Shown here: piece by piece, positions 1 to 7,625 of the stretch
Numbering within the stretch: position 1 is the first letter of the stretch
How the letters are laid out: every line of letters starts with the position of its first letter
DNA from: Desulfotalea psychrophila LSv54
GTDB taxonomy: Bacteria > Desulfobacterota > Desulfobulbia > Desulfobulbales > Desulfocapsaceae
Direction of reading: 5' to 3'
Assembly (NCBI RefSeq): GCF_000025945.1
Contig: NC_006138.1
Coordinates: forward strand, 1,590,001 to 1,622,000
DNA length: 32,000 nucleotides
Notes under the pieces: generated by a model
The model's input: only the letters and a program-made list of their open reading frames with translations
What the model was told of the DNA's origin: nothing
The model's database searches: none
Program-made: the position numbers and the translations under genes

Positions 1-994
1 GGTCGTTTTCGTAAAATAGTCGTATGTCATCGATTCGGTACTTGAGCATGGCAATACGCTCGATACCGAGTCCAAAGGCAAAACCACTGTACACTTCTGG
101 ATCATAACCAACCATTTTAAATACTTCTGGGTCAACCATGCCAGCGCCGAGAATTTCCAACCAGCCAGTCTTTTTACAAACGCGACATCCTTTTCCGCCA
201 CACATAACACAGGCAATATCAACCTCTGCACTTGGTTCGGTGAATGGGAAGAAACTTGGACGGAATCTTACAGGAAGGTCTTGTTTAAATATTTTTTGCA
301 AAAAGAGGGTGAGGACACCCTTGAGATCGGCAAAGGATATGTTCTTGTCAACCAAGAGACCCTCTACCTGATGAAACATCGGGGTATGGGTGATATCGGA
401 GTCGCAACGATATACCTTACCGGGGGCGATCATGCGCAGTGGTGGATCTTGCTTTTCCATAACCCGAGCCTGCATAGGCGAAGTATGGGTACGAAGCAGG
501 GTGGAGCCACTTACATAGAAGGTGTCATGCATATCTCTGGCCGGGTGGTGAGCCGGGATATTAAGTGCCTCAAAATTATAGTAATCTTGCTCAACATCTG
601 GCCCTTCTGCCACAGAAAAACCCATGGCCTCGAAGATGGCACAAACTTCCTGCATAACCTGAGTTACAGGGTGAAGATTTCCCGCTGCAGGTTGACGACC
701 AGGAAGAGTTAAGTCTGGAAGAGATTGATAGGTATCGGAAGACGAGGTTTGCTGGGAAAGAGAGGATCTCTTCTCTTCAAACTGCTCTTCTAACTGGGCT
801 TTAATTGTATTGGCGAGTTGGCCAAGGCGGGGGCGATCTTCTGCAGGAGCAGATCCAAGCTGACGCATAACCGTAGTAAATAGTCCCTTACGACCAAGAT
901 ATTTAATACGGAATTCTTCGAGTGATTCACTCGCGCAGATGGCGGTCAGGCTTGCCTTGGCTTCGTTCTCAAGGTTCTGTAGCTCTTGTTCCAT
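1..994 (-). CDS. pheS: Phenylalanine--tRNA ligase alpha subunit (3' end runs off the window)
   Basis: Minus-strand translation from the ATG at 994-992 reads [28 protein letters not shown]... The frame stays open to position 2, ending ...[28 protein letters not shown] (class II aaRS motif 3 region typical of PheS). It is absent from the ORF track because no stop lies in the window. It follows rplT as in the canonical operon. Confidence 0.9.
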   Translation of the reverse strand, partial: MEQELQNLENEAKASLTAICASESLEEFRIKYLGRKGLFTTVMRQLGSAPAEDRPRLGQLANTIKAQLEEQFEEKRSSLSQQTSSSDTYQSLPDLTLPGRQPAAGNLHPVTQVMQEVCAIFEAMGFSVAEGPDVEQDYYNFEALNIPAHHPARDMHDTFYVSGSTLLRTHTSPMQARVMEKQDPPLRMIAPGKVYRCDSDITHTPMFHQVEGLLVDKNISFADLKGVLTLFLQKIFKQDLPVRFRPSFFPFTEPSAEVDIACVMCGGKGCRVCKKTGWLEILGAGMVDPEVFKMVGYDPEVYSGFAFGLGIERIAMLKYRIDDIRLFYEND

Positions 995-1076
995 AATTCC
1001 AGAAAGGTAGTGGGGGAATGTTGAAAATAAATTTTCAAGTAATCCCTTTTTGTTCGATGAATGTCAATGAAACAGC

Positions 1077-1110
1077 ATGCCGGTTCACGGAAAAAACCAT
1101 GAACCGGCAT
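1077..1110 (-). promoter_or_regulatory. Stem-loop in the rplT-pheS spacer (possible attenuator or terminator)
   Basis: Perfect 11-bp inverted repeat ATGCCGGTTCA (1077-1087) / TGAACCGGCAT (1100-1110) with a 12-nt loop. On the minus strand it is followed by GCTGTTTCATT, which is only moderately U-rich. Confidence 0.35.
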
Positions 1111-1209
1111 ACACAAAACACACACTATTTGTTGTTTTCAGACAGGAAGCAACAAACTGTAGAGAGGCAAACGTTGAGTTTAAAACCCTACATAAAAGCC
1201 AAAAAGCTC

Positions 1210-1566
1210 TTAAGCGTTTGCTTCCTTAGCGATAACACTCAGCTTGGTGAAAGCTGGAGCATCGAGTACTGCCAAGTTGGCAAGTACTTTTCTGTCAAGC
1301 TCAATACCAGCTTTAGCGAGACCACCGATAAATCTGCTGTAGTTGATGTCGTTCATCTTGGCACCAGCATTGATGCGGGTAATCCAAAGACGACGAAAAT
1401 CTCTCTTACGTTGCTTACGATCACGGTATGCGTAGCAAAGGGCGCGATCAACGGCCTCGGTAGCTGTCTTAAATAGACGCGAACGGGCGCCTCTGTAACC
1501 TTTAGCGAGTTTGAGAACCCGATTTCTTCGTCTGCGAGCTTTAAATCCTCGTGTAACGCGTGGCAT
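1210..1566 (-). CDS. rplT: 50S ribosomal protein L20
   Basis: 118 aa, [35 protein letters not shown]... is a textbook L20 N-terminus. GGAG lies 8 nt upstream of the ATG. Confidence 0.97.
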   Translation of the reverse strand: MPRVTRGFKARRRRNRVLKLAKGYRGARSRLFKTATEAVDRALCYAYRDRKQRKRDFRRLWITRINAGAKMNDINYSRFIGGLAKAGIELDRKVLANLAVLDAPAFTKLSVIAKEANA

Positions 1567-1667
1567 GAATAAACTCCTTATTCTTCATCCTACAGATAGT
1601 TTGTGTAGGAATTATAAACTAAAATCTAATTGTCTCTTTCAGGTACTGCTCAATATTGCTATTGAGA

Positions 1668-1865
1668 TTACATGTAAGGGAGAATTTTCTTAATATTTTT
1701 AACATCAGCTGAGGAAACAAGATCAGCCTGACGTAAAGAACGCTTACGCTTGGTAGATTTCTTGGTCAAAATATGGCTGGTAAACGCTTTACCACGCTTA
1801 ATTCTTCCTGAACCAGTTTTCTTGAAACGCTTAGCTGCGCCTCTATTAGTTTTCATCTTTGGCAT
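1668..1865 (-). CDS. rpmI: 50S ribosomal protein L35
   Basis: [42 protein letters not shown]... The start is taken at the internal ATG (1865) preceded by AAAGGAG, rather than the track start at 1889. Confidence 0.95.
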   Translation of the reverse strand: MPKMKTNRGAAKRFKKTGSGRIKRGKAFTSHILTKKSTKRKRSLRQADLVSSADVKNIKKILPYM

Positions 1866-2071
1866 GATAAATACTCCTTTGTGCTTCAATAAGCAGTACT
1901 GTTGAGAGCGTATTCAAGCAAATGCTGAAGACGGATGAAACATACAACAGCGCTAGTATTATGTGACAATGAGCTTAACGGGGCTCAAACTTATATTCCA
2001 ATAACTTGCTACCACAAAACAATACCAACCCCTTTGACAAAAAAAGCAGCAAAAGAGTTGGTTCGTCTAAT

Positions 2072-2617
2072 TTATGCTTTGGGGCCCACAAACATAACGA
2101 GTTGACGACCTTCCATCTTGGGTCGTTGCAAAATAACTGCCTCGCCTTCGAGAGCCTCAACAACTTTATTCATGGCTTCAAGTCCGATGGTCTGTGAATA
2201 GACAATCTCCCGGCCTCGAAAACGCATGGTAAGTTTCACTTTATTTTTCTGAGCTAAAAACTTTTTAACATTTTTAATTTTAAAGTTTAAATCATGCTCA
2301 TCTGTTTTGGGACGAAACTTAATTTCTTTAGTTTCAACAGTAGTCTGCTTCTTTTTTGCTTCCTGCTGCTTCTTCTTCTGCTCATAACGGAACTTGTCAT
2401 AGTTCATTACGCGACAGACAGGTGGCTCAGCGTTGTCAGAAACAACTACAAGATCAAGTCCTTCTCCGTAGGCAATTTCTTTTGCCTGGTCGGAGGTCAT
2501 AACACCGTGTTGTTCTCCGTCACTTCCGATAAGGCGTACCTTAGGGAAACGAACCTTGTCGTTGATCTGTGCTTTGGCTTCCTGTTGAACTGGTGCGTGT
2601 CTACCTCGCCTGTTAAT
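2072..2617 (-). CDS. infC: Translation initiation factor IF-3, with a non-canonical ATT start
   Basis: The track ORF (2072-2500) begins mid-protein. The same frame is open upstream to 2644 and reads ...A-I-NRRGRHAPVQQEAKAQINDKVRFPKVRLIGSDGEQHGVMTSDQAKEIA..., a typical IF-3 N-terminal domain. There is no ATG, GTG or TTG in that stretch. ATT at 2617-2615 is preceded by GAGGAGGG with a 7-nt spacer. Confidence 0.85.
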   Translation of the reverse strand: MNRRGRHAPVQQEAKAQINDKVRFPKVRLIGSDGEQHGVMTSDQAKEIAYGEGLDLVVVSDNAEPPVCRVMNYDKFRYEQKKKQQEAKKKQTTVETKEIKFRPKTDEHDLNFKIKNVKKFLAQKNKVKLTMRFRGREIVYSQTIGLEAMNKVVEALEGEAVILQRPKMEGRQLVMFVGPKA

Positions 2618-2854
2618 AGCTTTACCCTCCTCGAGTCCACGAGTTTATCTTTGTGCTCTGGCTCTTCTAAAGGGAGCCAGCGTGCCTTGTTTGTTTAAAA
2701 CTATACCTGCATCAGGTATGATCTGCAAATTTACTGTCTAACTAATATAATTTTAGCCACTATGCAAAACTATTCATGCCTAAACAGAAAATAGTTAGAA
2801 TAACGTAGTTACGAATATCTTTCATGCAAAAAATTATATTAGATGCAGAAAAAG

Positions 2855-4783
2855 TTACGCATCACCTTTGTGCTGGCATTCTTCAAGCACTAGAGCAACA
2901 AATTCCTGCACCGTCATAGGGTCTAAATTCTTGCCATTACGCATGCGAACAGTGACAGTGCCATCTTCCTTCTCTTTGTCACCAATAATAAGCATATAAG
3001 GCGTTTTTACGAGCTGAGCTTCCCGGATTTTGTAGTTTAATTTCTCGTTACGCAGGTCTTTTTCAACCCTGATGTCAGCGGCGCGTAACTCAGCATAAAC
3101 CTTCTCACCGTACTCGATTTGATCATCTGTAATATTTAAGATGCGTGCCTGTACCGGAGAGAACCATAGCGGGAATGCCCCTGCATGGTGCTCGATAAGG
3201 ACACCGATAAATCTTTCAAGCGATCCCATTAGGGCCCGGTGAATCATGATGGGCTGATGTTCGCTGTTGTCAGAACCTACATAGCTGAGCTCAAAACGCT
3301 CGGGAAGGTTAAAGTCTACCTGAACGGTAGAACACTGCCAACTACGACCAAGTTGATCCTTGATCTTAATATCAATTTTAGGGCCATAGAAAACACCCTC
3401 GCCCGGATCGATCTCATATTTGAGACCTTTCTTTTCAAGGGCAAGTTTCAGGGCGTTTGTCGATTTATCCCAATTCTCGTCGGTACCCACAGACTTCTCG
3501 GGGCGGGTAGAGAGGTAGATGTCATATTCGCTAAAGCCGAAGGATTTAAGGATGAAGAGATTGAAATCAAGGATATTGAAAATCTCATCTTCAAGCTGTT
3601 CCGGTCTACAGAAAATATGGGCATCATCCTGGGTAAAGCTACGAACTCGCATAAGGCCGTGAAGTGCGCCTGCACGTTCATAACGATATACGGTACCAAG
3701 CTCACACCAGCGAAGGGGGAAATCGCGATAGCTACGTTTTTTAGCCTTGTAGACACCAACATGAAAAGGGCAGTTCATGGGCTTGATTTGGTATGTTACG
3801 CCATCAATATCCATTCCTGCATACATGCTGTCTGCGTAGAAATCAAGATGACCTGAGGTCTTCCAGAGATCCTGACGGGCTATATGTGGAGTGTAGAGCA
3901 ATTCATAGTCGTGCCTGTAATGCTCAGCCTTCCAAAATTCTTCTATTTGGTGACGCATACGAGCGCCCTTGGGCAACCAGAGTGGCAACCCTGGGCCAAT
4001 GCTATCCTGCATGGTGAAGAGCTCAAGCTCTTTACCCAGCTTGCGGTGGTCACGCTTCTTCGCCTCTTCAATGTTGTTGAGGTGTTTTCTAAGCGCCTTA
4101 GAGTCAAAAAATGCAGTTCCATAAATACGTTGGAGTACATCTTTTTTCTCATCACCACGCCAGTAGGCACCGGCAACACGGAGAAGCTTGAAGGCACCAA
4201 TAAAAGAGGTTGATGGCAGATGCGGTCCACGACAGAGATCGGCAAAATCGCCAACCGTGTAGATAGATACCTCTTCAACATCAAGATCTTGAATCAGTTC
4301 AACCTTATATTTTTCCTCTTCTTTTTCAAAGCGGGCAATTGCCTCGGCACTTGAATAGAGGGTTTTTTCAAAAAGAGATCCCGTACGGACAATTTCCAAC
4401 ATGCGGGCTTCTATTTTTTCGAAATCTTCGGGAGTAAAAGGGTCGCTACGAAGGAAATCGTAATAGAAGCCGTTGTCGACGGAGGGACCAATGGCAACTT
4501 TAACATCGGAGCCATAAATATCCCGAACAGCGTGAGCCATAATATGGGCTGTGCTGTGACGAAGAACGCTTAGAGCCTCTGGGCTGTCGATAGTGACAGG
4601 AGAGAGGGTGCAGTCGGTGCTCAGAGGAGTGTTGAAATCAACAACCTCACCATTAAGAATGGCAGCCACGGTACGCTTGCGTTGTTTGTTGGATTGAAGT
4701 GCTACGAACACTTCGCCTACGGTCGTTGATATAGGAACCTGTGTCGACTCACCGTCGGCAATGGTAACAGTTATGTCACTCAT
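2855..4783 (-). CDS. thrS: Threonine--tRNA ligase
   Basis: 642 aa from MSDITVTIADGESTQVPISTTVGEV (TGS domain), followed by the editing and class II catalytic domains (e.g. HRALMGSLERFIGVLIEHHAGAFPLWFSP). The ATG at 4783 is preferred over the TTG at 4828 used by the track. Confidence 0.95.
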   Translation of the reverse strand: MSDITVTIADGESTQVPISTTVGEVFVALQSNKQRKRTVAAILNGEVVDFNTPLSTDCTLSPVTIDSPEALSVLRHSTAHIMAHAVRDIYGSDVKVAIGPSVDNGFYYDFLRSDPFTPEDFEKIEARMLEIVRTGSLFEKTLYSSAEAIARFEKEEEKYKVELIQDLDVEEVSIYTVGDFADLCRGPHLPSTSFIGAFKLLRVAGAYWRGDEKKDVLQRIYGTAFFDSKALRKHLNNIEEAKKRDHRKLGKELELFTMQDSIGPGLPLWLPKGARMRHQIEEFWKAEHYRHDYELLYTPHIARQDLWKTSGHLDFYADSMYAGMDIDGVTYQIKPMNCPFHVGVYKAKKRSYRDFPLRWCELGTVYRYERAGALHGLMRVRSFTQDDAHIFCRPEQLEDEIFNILDFNLFILKSFGFSEYDIYLSTRPEKSVGTDENWDKSTNALKLALEKKGLKYEIDPGEGVFYGPKIDIKIKDQLGRSWQCSTVQVDFNLPERFELSYVGSDNSEHQPIMIHRALMGSLERFIGVLIEHHAGAFPLWFSPVQARILNITDDQIEYGEKVYAELRAADIRVEKDLRNEKLNYKIREAQLVKTPYMLIIGDKEKEDGTVTVRMRNGKNLDPMTVQEFVALVLEECQHKGDA

Positions 4784-4796
4784 GAGTTTTTTCGGG

Positions 4797-4825
4797 TCTA
4801 TAGAAAAATAAAGGCCAAAGATCAA
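4797..4825 (-). promoter_or_regulatory. Candidate sigma70 promoter for thrS
   Basis: On the minus strand, TTGATC (4825-4820), a 17-nt spacer, then TATAGA (4802-4797). This would leave only a very short, SD-less leader before the ATG at 4783. Confidence 0.3.
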
Positions 4826-4857
4826 CAATTCTGAAAGAAAAGTTGTTACTTTAGCCT
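4802..4857 (-). terminator. Hairpin plus U-tract downstream of tRNA-Val, immediately upstream of thrS
   Basis: On the minus strand, AGGCTAAAG (4857-4849) pairs with CTTTGGCCT (4820-4812), 9 bp including one G-U. It is followed by TTATTTTTCT. The loop is long (28 nt). Confidence 0.35.
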
Positions 4858-4864
4858 ATAAAAC

Positions 4865-4939
4865 TGGTAGGCGCGGGCGGGATTGAACCGCCGACATCCA
4901 CCACGTCAAGGTGGCGCTCTCCCACTGAGCTACGCGCCT
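4865..4939 (-). tRNA. tRNA-Val (anticodon GAC)
   Basis: The reverse complement folds as a cloverleaf: acceptor AGGCGCG/CGCGCCT, D stem GCTC/GAGC, anticodon stem CCACC/GGTGG with loop TTGACGT, T arm GGCGG-TTCAATC-CCGCC, and an encoded ACCA tail. Confidence 0.95.
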
Positions 4940-4999
4940 GTCCACACTTCTTACGTTGCCTTCCAGTTGTGACGTTTAAGGAAAAACGTCGACCGAGTT

Positions 5000-5028
5000 T
5001 TTTTAACAAGAATTGCCGGTGATGTCAA
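5000..5028 (-). promoter_or_regulatory. Candidate sigma70 promoter upstream of tRNA-Val
   Basis: On the minus strand, TTGACA (5028-5023), a 17-nt spacer, then TAAAAA (5005-5000). It lies about 60 nt upstream of the mature tRNA 5' end. Confidence 0.4.
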
Positions 5029-5166
5029 GATAAAACATGAAAGAAAAGAGGATGAGAACATATTGTTAGCGTAGCTTTTGCGGTGGGAGAATCAGATCTT
5101 GGCTCTTTGCTGCCTCTAACTCTTTAATGCTTCGGAGATATTGGCCTTTTGGCCTTGTGCTTGCGC

Positions 5167-5194
5167 CTCCCTGTCCCGTGAGGATGACAGGGAG
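5167..5194 (-). other. 9-bp stem-loop just downstream of ybaB
   Basis: CTCCCTGTC (5167-5175) / GACAGGGAG (5186-5194) with a 10-nt loop, 13 nt past the ybaB stop. There is no U-tract, so it is not a classical intrinsic terminator. Confidence 0.3.
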
Positions 5195-5207
5195 ATACTC
5201 GGTCTGC

Positions 5208-5528
5208 TTAGGATAAGAAGTTGGTGAGATCGGGAAGGTTCATGCCGCCGGTGAGCTGGCCCATCTCCTGTTTGCTCAGATCTTTGGCACGACGGAGGCC
5301 ATCGTTGGTGGCAGCTGTGACAAGATCTTGAAGCATCTCTTTTTCGTCGGTATTGATGAGGGCGTCCTCTATCTTTATGGCAAGGATCTCTCCCTGGCCG
5401 TTGACCTGTACCTCAACCATGCCACCGCCAGCGCTGCCGGTGATAATTTTTTTGGCAAGATCTTCCTGTATTGCTGCCATTTTGCCTTGCATATCTTTGG
5501 CCTGTTGCATCAATTTGCTGATATCCAT
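5208..5528 (-). CDS. ybaB: YbaB/EbfC family nucleoid-associated protein
   Basis: MDISKLMQQAKDMQGKMAAIQEDLAKKIITGSAGGGMVEVQVNGQGEILAIKIEDALI... is the typical YbaB pattern, and the gene sits directly after dnaX. The ATG at 5528 is preferred to the GTG at 5537. Confidence 0.9.
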   Translation of the reverse strand: MDISKLMQQAKDMQGKMAAIQEDLAKKIITGSAGGGMVEVQVNGQGEILAIKIEDALINTDEKEMLQDLVTAATNDGLRRAKDLSKQEMGQLTGGMNLPDLTNFLS

Positions 5529-5546
5529 TTTCTTCACTCTGTGGGA

Positions 5547-7323
5547 TTATTTTTTAGTGGTAACTCGTATGTCGCCAACGGTCCCTCTGAATATTTCTGC
5601 TGTGGCGATAACGAGAGGGTCGTGCATAAGTTCATGCCGGATGTTTTGGGTATTGGAGGAGGTGCTTTTCTTCTCCTCTGGCAGGATAAATTTTATGATA
5701 AGATTTTTATCGTAAAAATCCAGGATAAATTGTTTGAGCTCGGCAGAATGTTCTGGTCTGCGTACCATGGTGCAGTTGATGGCATCATCGTAGTGGAGGA
5801 GGAGGCTACCGCCCTCTTCTTCTACTTGGGTAACATGGCTCAGCGCTGGAGCCATCCAGCTGGACTTTTCCTGTACATAGGCAAGGAAGTTTTTCCAGTC
5901 CGTCTTGATTCTCGTTGCTGGCTTAGGCTTTTCAGCGGGCTTTGGAGCCTTTTTTGCCGGTGTTGGGGGTGCTGCTGGCGTTCGCTGTTGGAACTCCCGG
6001 GGGGCCGTTGGCCTTCGCTGTTGAAACTCCGGGGGCTCTTCCGGGAGTGGAATTATCTCTTCGGCTGGATTATGCTCTTTTTTTTTCTGCGGGGGAGGCG
6101 GGCTTGTTTCCCTTTTGCCTGGTGCTATCTCTTGTCCTGTTGGTTTCGCTGGTATTGCCTTCGTGCTTGCCTCTCCTCTTTCTGCTGCCAGGATGGTGTC
6201 GAGCTTTTTTAGCAGTTGGCTTACCGGTACAACATTCCCTGCTTCAATCATTTTGAGAAAGGTTGTTTCAAGGATCAGTCGTGGCTGGTTTGATCTGCCG
6301 ATATTCTCCACCATCTCAATGAGCATGTTCATCTTGAGATGGAGTGTCTCTGCTGTGTAGTTCTTGGCGGTTTGGCTGAACTTGTTGAACTCTTCGTCGG
6401 GGAGGTCAATCAGTGGTCTGCAGCCATTTATCTTGCAGAGGAGGAGGGTGCGGAACTGGCCGATAAGATCGGTGCAGAATCTTTTGATATCCATGCCGAA
6501 GCGAAAAATTTGCTCAAGGGCAAGAATGGCGGTGGAGGGATCTCCTTCCAAGAGTGCTTGGGTCGAGGTTCATCAGTACCTCGCGGTCGATGAGCCCCAA
6601 TACCTCGATTGCATCCGAGGTGGTCACAGAGCTTTCGCTGAAACTGAGTACCTGATCGAGGAGGCTGAGGCCATCACGAACAGATCCTGCTGCCTCTCTA
6701 ACGATGAGGGCCAGGGCCTCTTTTTCGATCTCCTTGCCTTCCTCTCCTATGAGGCGTTCAAAGTGGCCGGACAGATCATCTGCGCAAACGCGTTTGAGTT
6801 CATATTGCTGGCATCTGGAGAGGATGGTGATGGGTATTTTATGTATTTCCGTGGTGGCAAACATAAAATAGACATGTTCCGGTGGCTCTTCCAGGGTTTT
6901 GAGGAGGGCGTTGAAGGCCTCCGTGGTTAGCATATGTACCTCATCTATGATAACGATGCGGTATTTGGCAGAGGTGGGGAGAAAACGAATTTTTTCTTTG
7001 AGCTCGCGGATCTCCTGGATACCACGGTTGGATGCGCCATCGATCTCGTAAAGATCAAGTGAGGATCCGGCGGTTATCTCCTGGCAGGAGAGGCATTTGT
7101 TACAGGGGTTATTGTTGTTGTCCCGGTGCTCACAGTTAATGGCCTTTGCCATAAGGCGGGCCAGAGTGGTTTTGCCGACACCGCGCACGCCAGAAAAGAT
7201 AAGGGCATGGGCAACGCGATCACGAGCAAGGCTGTTCTGTAGAGTTTTGACAACGGGGCGTTGACCGATAACCTGGTCGAATGTTTGGGGGCGGGACTTT
7301 CTCGCGAGTACAAGATATGACAT
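5547..7323 (-). CDS. dnaX: DNA polymerase III subunit gamma/tau, read as two ORFs because of an apparent 1-nt frame disruption near 6560
   Basis: The N-terminal ORF (7323-6514) carries GVRGVGKTT (Walker A), CNKCLSCQ (zinc module), IIDEVHML and SRCQ. The C-terminal ORF (6551-5547), one nt out of frame, continues domain III (LLEGDPSTAILALEQIFRFGMDIKRFCTDLI), then a Pro/Lys-rich linker and the tau C-terminus. Confidence 0.9.
5981..6038 (-). repeat. In-frame 33-bp tandem duplication in the dnaX linker
   Basis: TTCGCTGTTGGAACTCCCGGGGGGCC (5981-6006) and TTCGCTGTTGAAACTCCGGGGGCTC (6014-6038) are 33 nt apart. They encode the repeated peptide (P)EFQQR-x-P-x-AP. Confidence 0.7.
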
Positions 7324-7370
7324 AAAACACCTGATTCGTGAAGATGCCGATTGGCTAGCCTAAAAAAAAT

Positions 7371-7469
7371 GGTAGCTAGGCAACCTACGCACACAGAGAG
7401 TGTCACTACCGTTGCTCCCTTCCAGGCCTGGCGGAGTTCGTGATTCTCTGTTGCATAGACCTAGCTACC
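7371..7469 (-). ncRNA. ffs: Signal recognition particle RNA (small, 4.5S type)
   Basis: The reverse complement reads GGTAGCTAGGTCTATGCAACAGAGAATCACGAACTCCGCCAGGCCTGGAAGGGAGCAACGGTAGTGACACTCTCTGTGTGCGTAGGTTGCCTAGCTACC followed by T8. It has the conserved domain IV core (CCAGGCCUGGAAGGGAGCA with a GGAA tetraloop), long terminal pairing of GGTAGCTAGG with CCTAGCTACC, and the classic position upstream of dnaX. Confidence 0.85.
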
Positions 7470-7625
7470 AAACTATAAAAGTCTAGACTTGTTGCTGCCG
7501 GGGCAGCGCTAGACGAAGCTTATTAGGTCAAACCACCGTGGTGGCATTGCGTGCTATAATGCACTAAAAGTCTGGTCTTGTCCAGTCTTTTTTTCTGTTT
7601 TTTTGAGAATAGCATAAAAAGCTAT

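Noticed and set aside
3239-4284. ORFs 3239-3856(+), 3448-3762(-), 3793-4017(+), 3884-4213(+) and 3943-4284(-) inside thrS
   Set aside because: They overlap the well-supported thrS frame and have no motifs. They are shadow or out-of-frame ORFs.
4784-4828. Longer N-terminal extensions offered by the ORF track: thrS to 4828, rpmI to 1889, EamA to 10005, pepF to 22158, aapQ from 11000, regulator from 29059, aminotransferase from 30462, REC/cNMP gene from 17037
   Set aside because: The extensions start at TTG or GTG without an RBS, add non-conserved residues, or overlap neighbouring genes. Internal ATGs with GGAG-type RBSs match the expected protein N-termini.
4940-5207. Expected recR after dnaX-ybaB
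   Set aside because: The spacer is only 265 nt with no ORF. recR is simply located elsewhere. This is a common enough variation and not evidence of deletion.
5328-6212. 294-aa plus-strand ORF, plus neighbours 5353-5715, 5942-6256, 6115-6360, 6339-6593 and 6364-6930
   Set aside because: All are antisense to dnaX, which has unmistakable motifs on the minus strand. Their translations are low-complexity and Cys/Leu/Phe/Trp-rich with no recognisable domains. They are typical shadow ORFs.
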